Source: Lepidodermella squamata | Lineage: Eukaryota; Animalia; Gastrotricha | Direction: 5' to 3' | NCBI GenBank assembly: GCA_047495785.1 | Contig: JBLDXI010000001.1 | Location: forward strand, 3,162,001-3,226,000 | DNA: 64,000 bases | Shown here: positions 61,613 to 64,000 of the stretch, piece by piece | Position numbering within the stretch: position 1 is the first letter of the stretch | Layout of the letters: each line of letters opens with the position of its first letter | Translations under genes and position numbers: made by a program | The notes under the pieces: model-generated | Databases searched by the model: none | Told to the model about the DNA's origin: nothing | The model's input: only the letters and a program-made list of their open reading frames with translations

Positions 61613-62780
61613 TTTGGCTGCGACTTTCTCGGATTTAGCGATTTTCTGCTTGATCGTGAAGTTTTCCGCCAATTTAAGATGGCTCTCGTCAATTATTGCG
61701 TCGTTGAAAGACAAAGCAATGTTGGCGTTTGCTGCAGAACACTTTTCTATGTCCAGCATCTCGGAAGTCTAAATTTTACGAAATCTTAAAAGCAACTTCA
61801 TCGGCTAAATTTACAAACCCTCAAACACTTGGAAGAGACGAGAGCATGAAGCCGTGCAAAGCTTGCCCCATCGTTGAAAATTAGTGGGGCCTCCGAAACT
61901 TCTTTCAGCAATTTCTCAACTGTTTCCGGATCCTCATCCTCTGGCATCTGAGCGGTTTTCTGAAGATATTCGAGTCGTTCAGCTTTACCAGTATGAACTT
62001 GAGCAATGAGGTTATCACAGTGGCCTCTGATCAAACTGCTAAATGAATCTATCAGCTTAGCACCTGTAGCTCGAATTTCCTTTTCTACGTCATCAGCGTT
62101 TCGGCCTATCTTGCCAAGTAAATCTTCAAGCCTGGGCTTCACAGTCAACTCAGCTTTCTCGCTCCGATTTTTCAACTAAATTCATCGAAGCATTAGAGAT
62201 TATACATTTTCAAACAAAACTTGCCCACTCATTTATGAAGTGAATTTCGCCTCGAACCAATTCAAGATGAGCGACAAAGCAAAGTGAGCAAAACTGAACG
62301 TAACAGTGCGGACAAATTTTCGAATTTGCATCACCATGAGCCGCCTGATGTGGACATGTTTCGCCAATTCGCGCTTTCTTGGCACTTTGAACCTCTTCCT
62401 TCAAAACATCGACCGCTCTTTTTACAGCGATGTTAGCTGTAAAGATTCAAGTGCATCATCATTCAGGAGAAAACATGAAATCATGGGGAAATGTATTACG
62501 CTTGATGGATTCCACACTTCCTTGACAGCGACACTCAGGGCATGCTATTTTTCCTCGTTGCGGTAATGAATCTACAATTTTCTTGATGCAACTCGAACAA
62601 AACGAATGACCGCATTGAGACAACATTTTAGGATCTTCTGCCAAATCGAGGCAAATCGAGCAAGTCAACGCCTGTGCACAGAATAGCTGATCAAATTAGA
62701 AGAGAGATGGACTAGATTTTTGTACCTCCTCAATACCCCGACTTGGTCCCGGCAAACTGGTACTGCTCGAGGAGGTCATA
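61613..62780 (-). CDS. RING + B-box-like + coiled-coil (TRIM/RBCC-like) protein; 3' end unresolved
   Basis: MTSSSSTSLPGPSRGIEE|ALTCSICLD...CGHSFCSSCI...CPECR (C3HC4), IK|PNIAVKRAVDVL, CPHQAAH...CPHCYVQFCSLCFVAH, helical region; four ~50-60 nt introns, one GC-AG. Confidence 0.78.
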
Positions 62781-62849
62781 ACAAAATTCTTTCTAATGAA
62801 AACAACAGAATTTCAATACACACGTAGGAAAAAATTGTTTAAAAAAATT

Positions 62850-64000
62850 TCAGCGATTAATTTTCCCGCAGTTCAGAATCGCAATCATGTCATTCATCAA
62901 GTTTCGGGGGAACTCAGCTTTCCCAACGTTGCATGGCCTTCTACCGGCTTTATTGCGGTGCTTCAAAAGCTGGCGAGAAGCATCAAGTTTCAGAAGGCTG
63001 GAGACAACATCTACGGAACCGCTCTCCACGGCCAAATGTAGCACATTATTACCATTATCGTCAATATTACCCAAATTGGCGTTTTTACTCAGCAGATAAT
63101 TAAAAGATATTACGAAGTTCTTCTTCGCGCATTCGAATAGAGCGGTAGTCTGATGTGACTGCCGAGTTGCGACATCAACAGGGAGGTGACATTTTTCAAC
63201 GAAGTATTGAAGCATCTCTTTCAAAGAAGCGTCATCAGTGGCACCCAAAACCGCGCAATGAATCAAGTTGTTACCGACACCAAAATACCCATAGATGGCA
63301 TCAGGGCATTTCTCGACCAAATATTTAACAATAGGCAAGTAGCAAGATGCAGCTGCATAGTGCAAGGGCGAGCGGTCAGAGCCACAAAGAAGGGCTAAAT
63401 TTGCACCACGCTCTACTAAGAGTTTCACAGCTGCTAAATTACGACTAGAAGCTGCGAGGTGAATAGGAAACAGCGTTTCAAATCTGTCACTGAAGCATTC
63501 GAAATCTGTTATCATCAACAACTCTTTCATCACATCAACACAACCCAACTTGCAAGCTAAAATGAACGCAGTTTCGCCCTGTTGGGTTTTCGCCGACAAT
63601 ACTCCTGGATTCTTTTCAGCCAGAATTCTAACAGCTTGCGGGTAATTCCTTGCAGTTGCTATGTGAATCGGGAGGTAACCATCAGGTCCGGCGGTGAGCA
63701 TATCGGCGCCATGATTCAACAGAACTTGAACCATACTGCTGTTACCCGAGTCACAAGCTATACAAAGTGCAGTTTTTCCTTCAGCTTTCAAATCCACAAT
63801 CTCTTTCAAGGCATCAGAAATAATAGTCAATGGGTTGCCATGGGCAGCCATATCATGCAACACAGTTCTACCCTTCGAGTCTGAAATCGAAGCTACGGAC
63901 GGATCGATAGCCAGCAAAAACTCGAGAATCTGTGGAAAATCTGCGGCCAGGTGGCAAGCGGTTTTGCCGGCAGAGTCCAAACATTTCAGATCGCACTGAG
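62850..64000 (-). CDS. Ankyrin-repeat protein, paralog of 59865-61211; runs off the window end
   Basis: Colinear similarity (QCDL--D-G-TACHLA--FP-I-EFLL-D; GNNV-H-A-E-G; LLK-NKAG-P). Confidence 0.9.
   Translation of the reverse strand, partial: QCDLKCLDSAGKTACHLAADFPQILEFLLAIDPSVASISDSKGRTVLHDMAAHGNPLTIISDALKEIVDLKAEGKTALCIACDSGNSSMVQVLLNHGADMLTAGPDGYLPIHIATARNYPQAVRILAEKNPGVLSAKTQQGETAFILACKLGCVDVMKELLMITDFECFSDRFETLFPIHLAASSRNLAAVKLLVERGANLALLCGSDRSPLHYAAASCYLPIVKYLVEKCPDAIYGYFGVGNNLIHCAVLGATDDASLKEMLQYFVEKCHLPVDVATRQSHQTTALFECAKKNFVISFNYLLSKNANLGNIDDNGNNVLHLAVESGSVDVVSSLLKLDASRQLLKHRNKAGRRPCNVGKAEFPRNLMNDMIAILNCGKINR

Noticed and set aside
62438-62500. Apparent premature stop after the RING domain
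   Set aside because: Lies within a GT-AG intron; the spliced product reads IKPNIAVKRAVDVL.
59865-64000. Horizontal transfer of ankyrin genes from an endosymbiont
   Set aside because: Long single exons are suggestive, but a spliceosomal acceptor is present and nothing in the sequence points to bacterial origin; needs a phylogeny.

Overview
Compact metazoan (invertebrate) genomic DNA with mostly ~45-60 nt AT-rich GT-AG introns; the species cannot be determined from the sequence. Left to right: a nested stack of non-autonomous DNA transposons; two paralogous secreted six-cysteine peptides of no family I recognise; an orphan GABA-B-like class C GPCR and a tandem duplicate encoding only the signal peptide plus Venus-flytrap ectodomain, separated by MULE-like, LINE and MITE insertions; a secreted PAN + Ly6-like protein; a galaxin-like Cys-rich gene; a discoidin x2 + F-type-lectin gene; a tight minus-strand run DHP/CRMP - RAD9 - GTDC1(QTMAN); a tight plus-strand pair NOP14 - ABCF2; and a minus-strand cluster of ankyrin, RING/B-box (TRIM-like), ankyrin and ankyrin/SOCS-box genes with TE-filled introns. 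The best candidates for something new are the peptide pair, the receptor plus soluble-ectodomain pair, the PAN-LU-WG protein, a catalytically intact DHP with a CRMP tail and three alternative first exons, and operon-like gene spacing with splice acceptors just upstream of start codons. All exon models were built by hand from splice signals and frame; no database searches were run.
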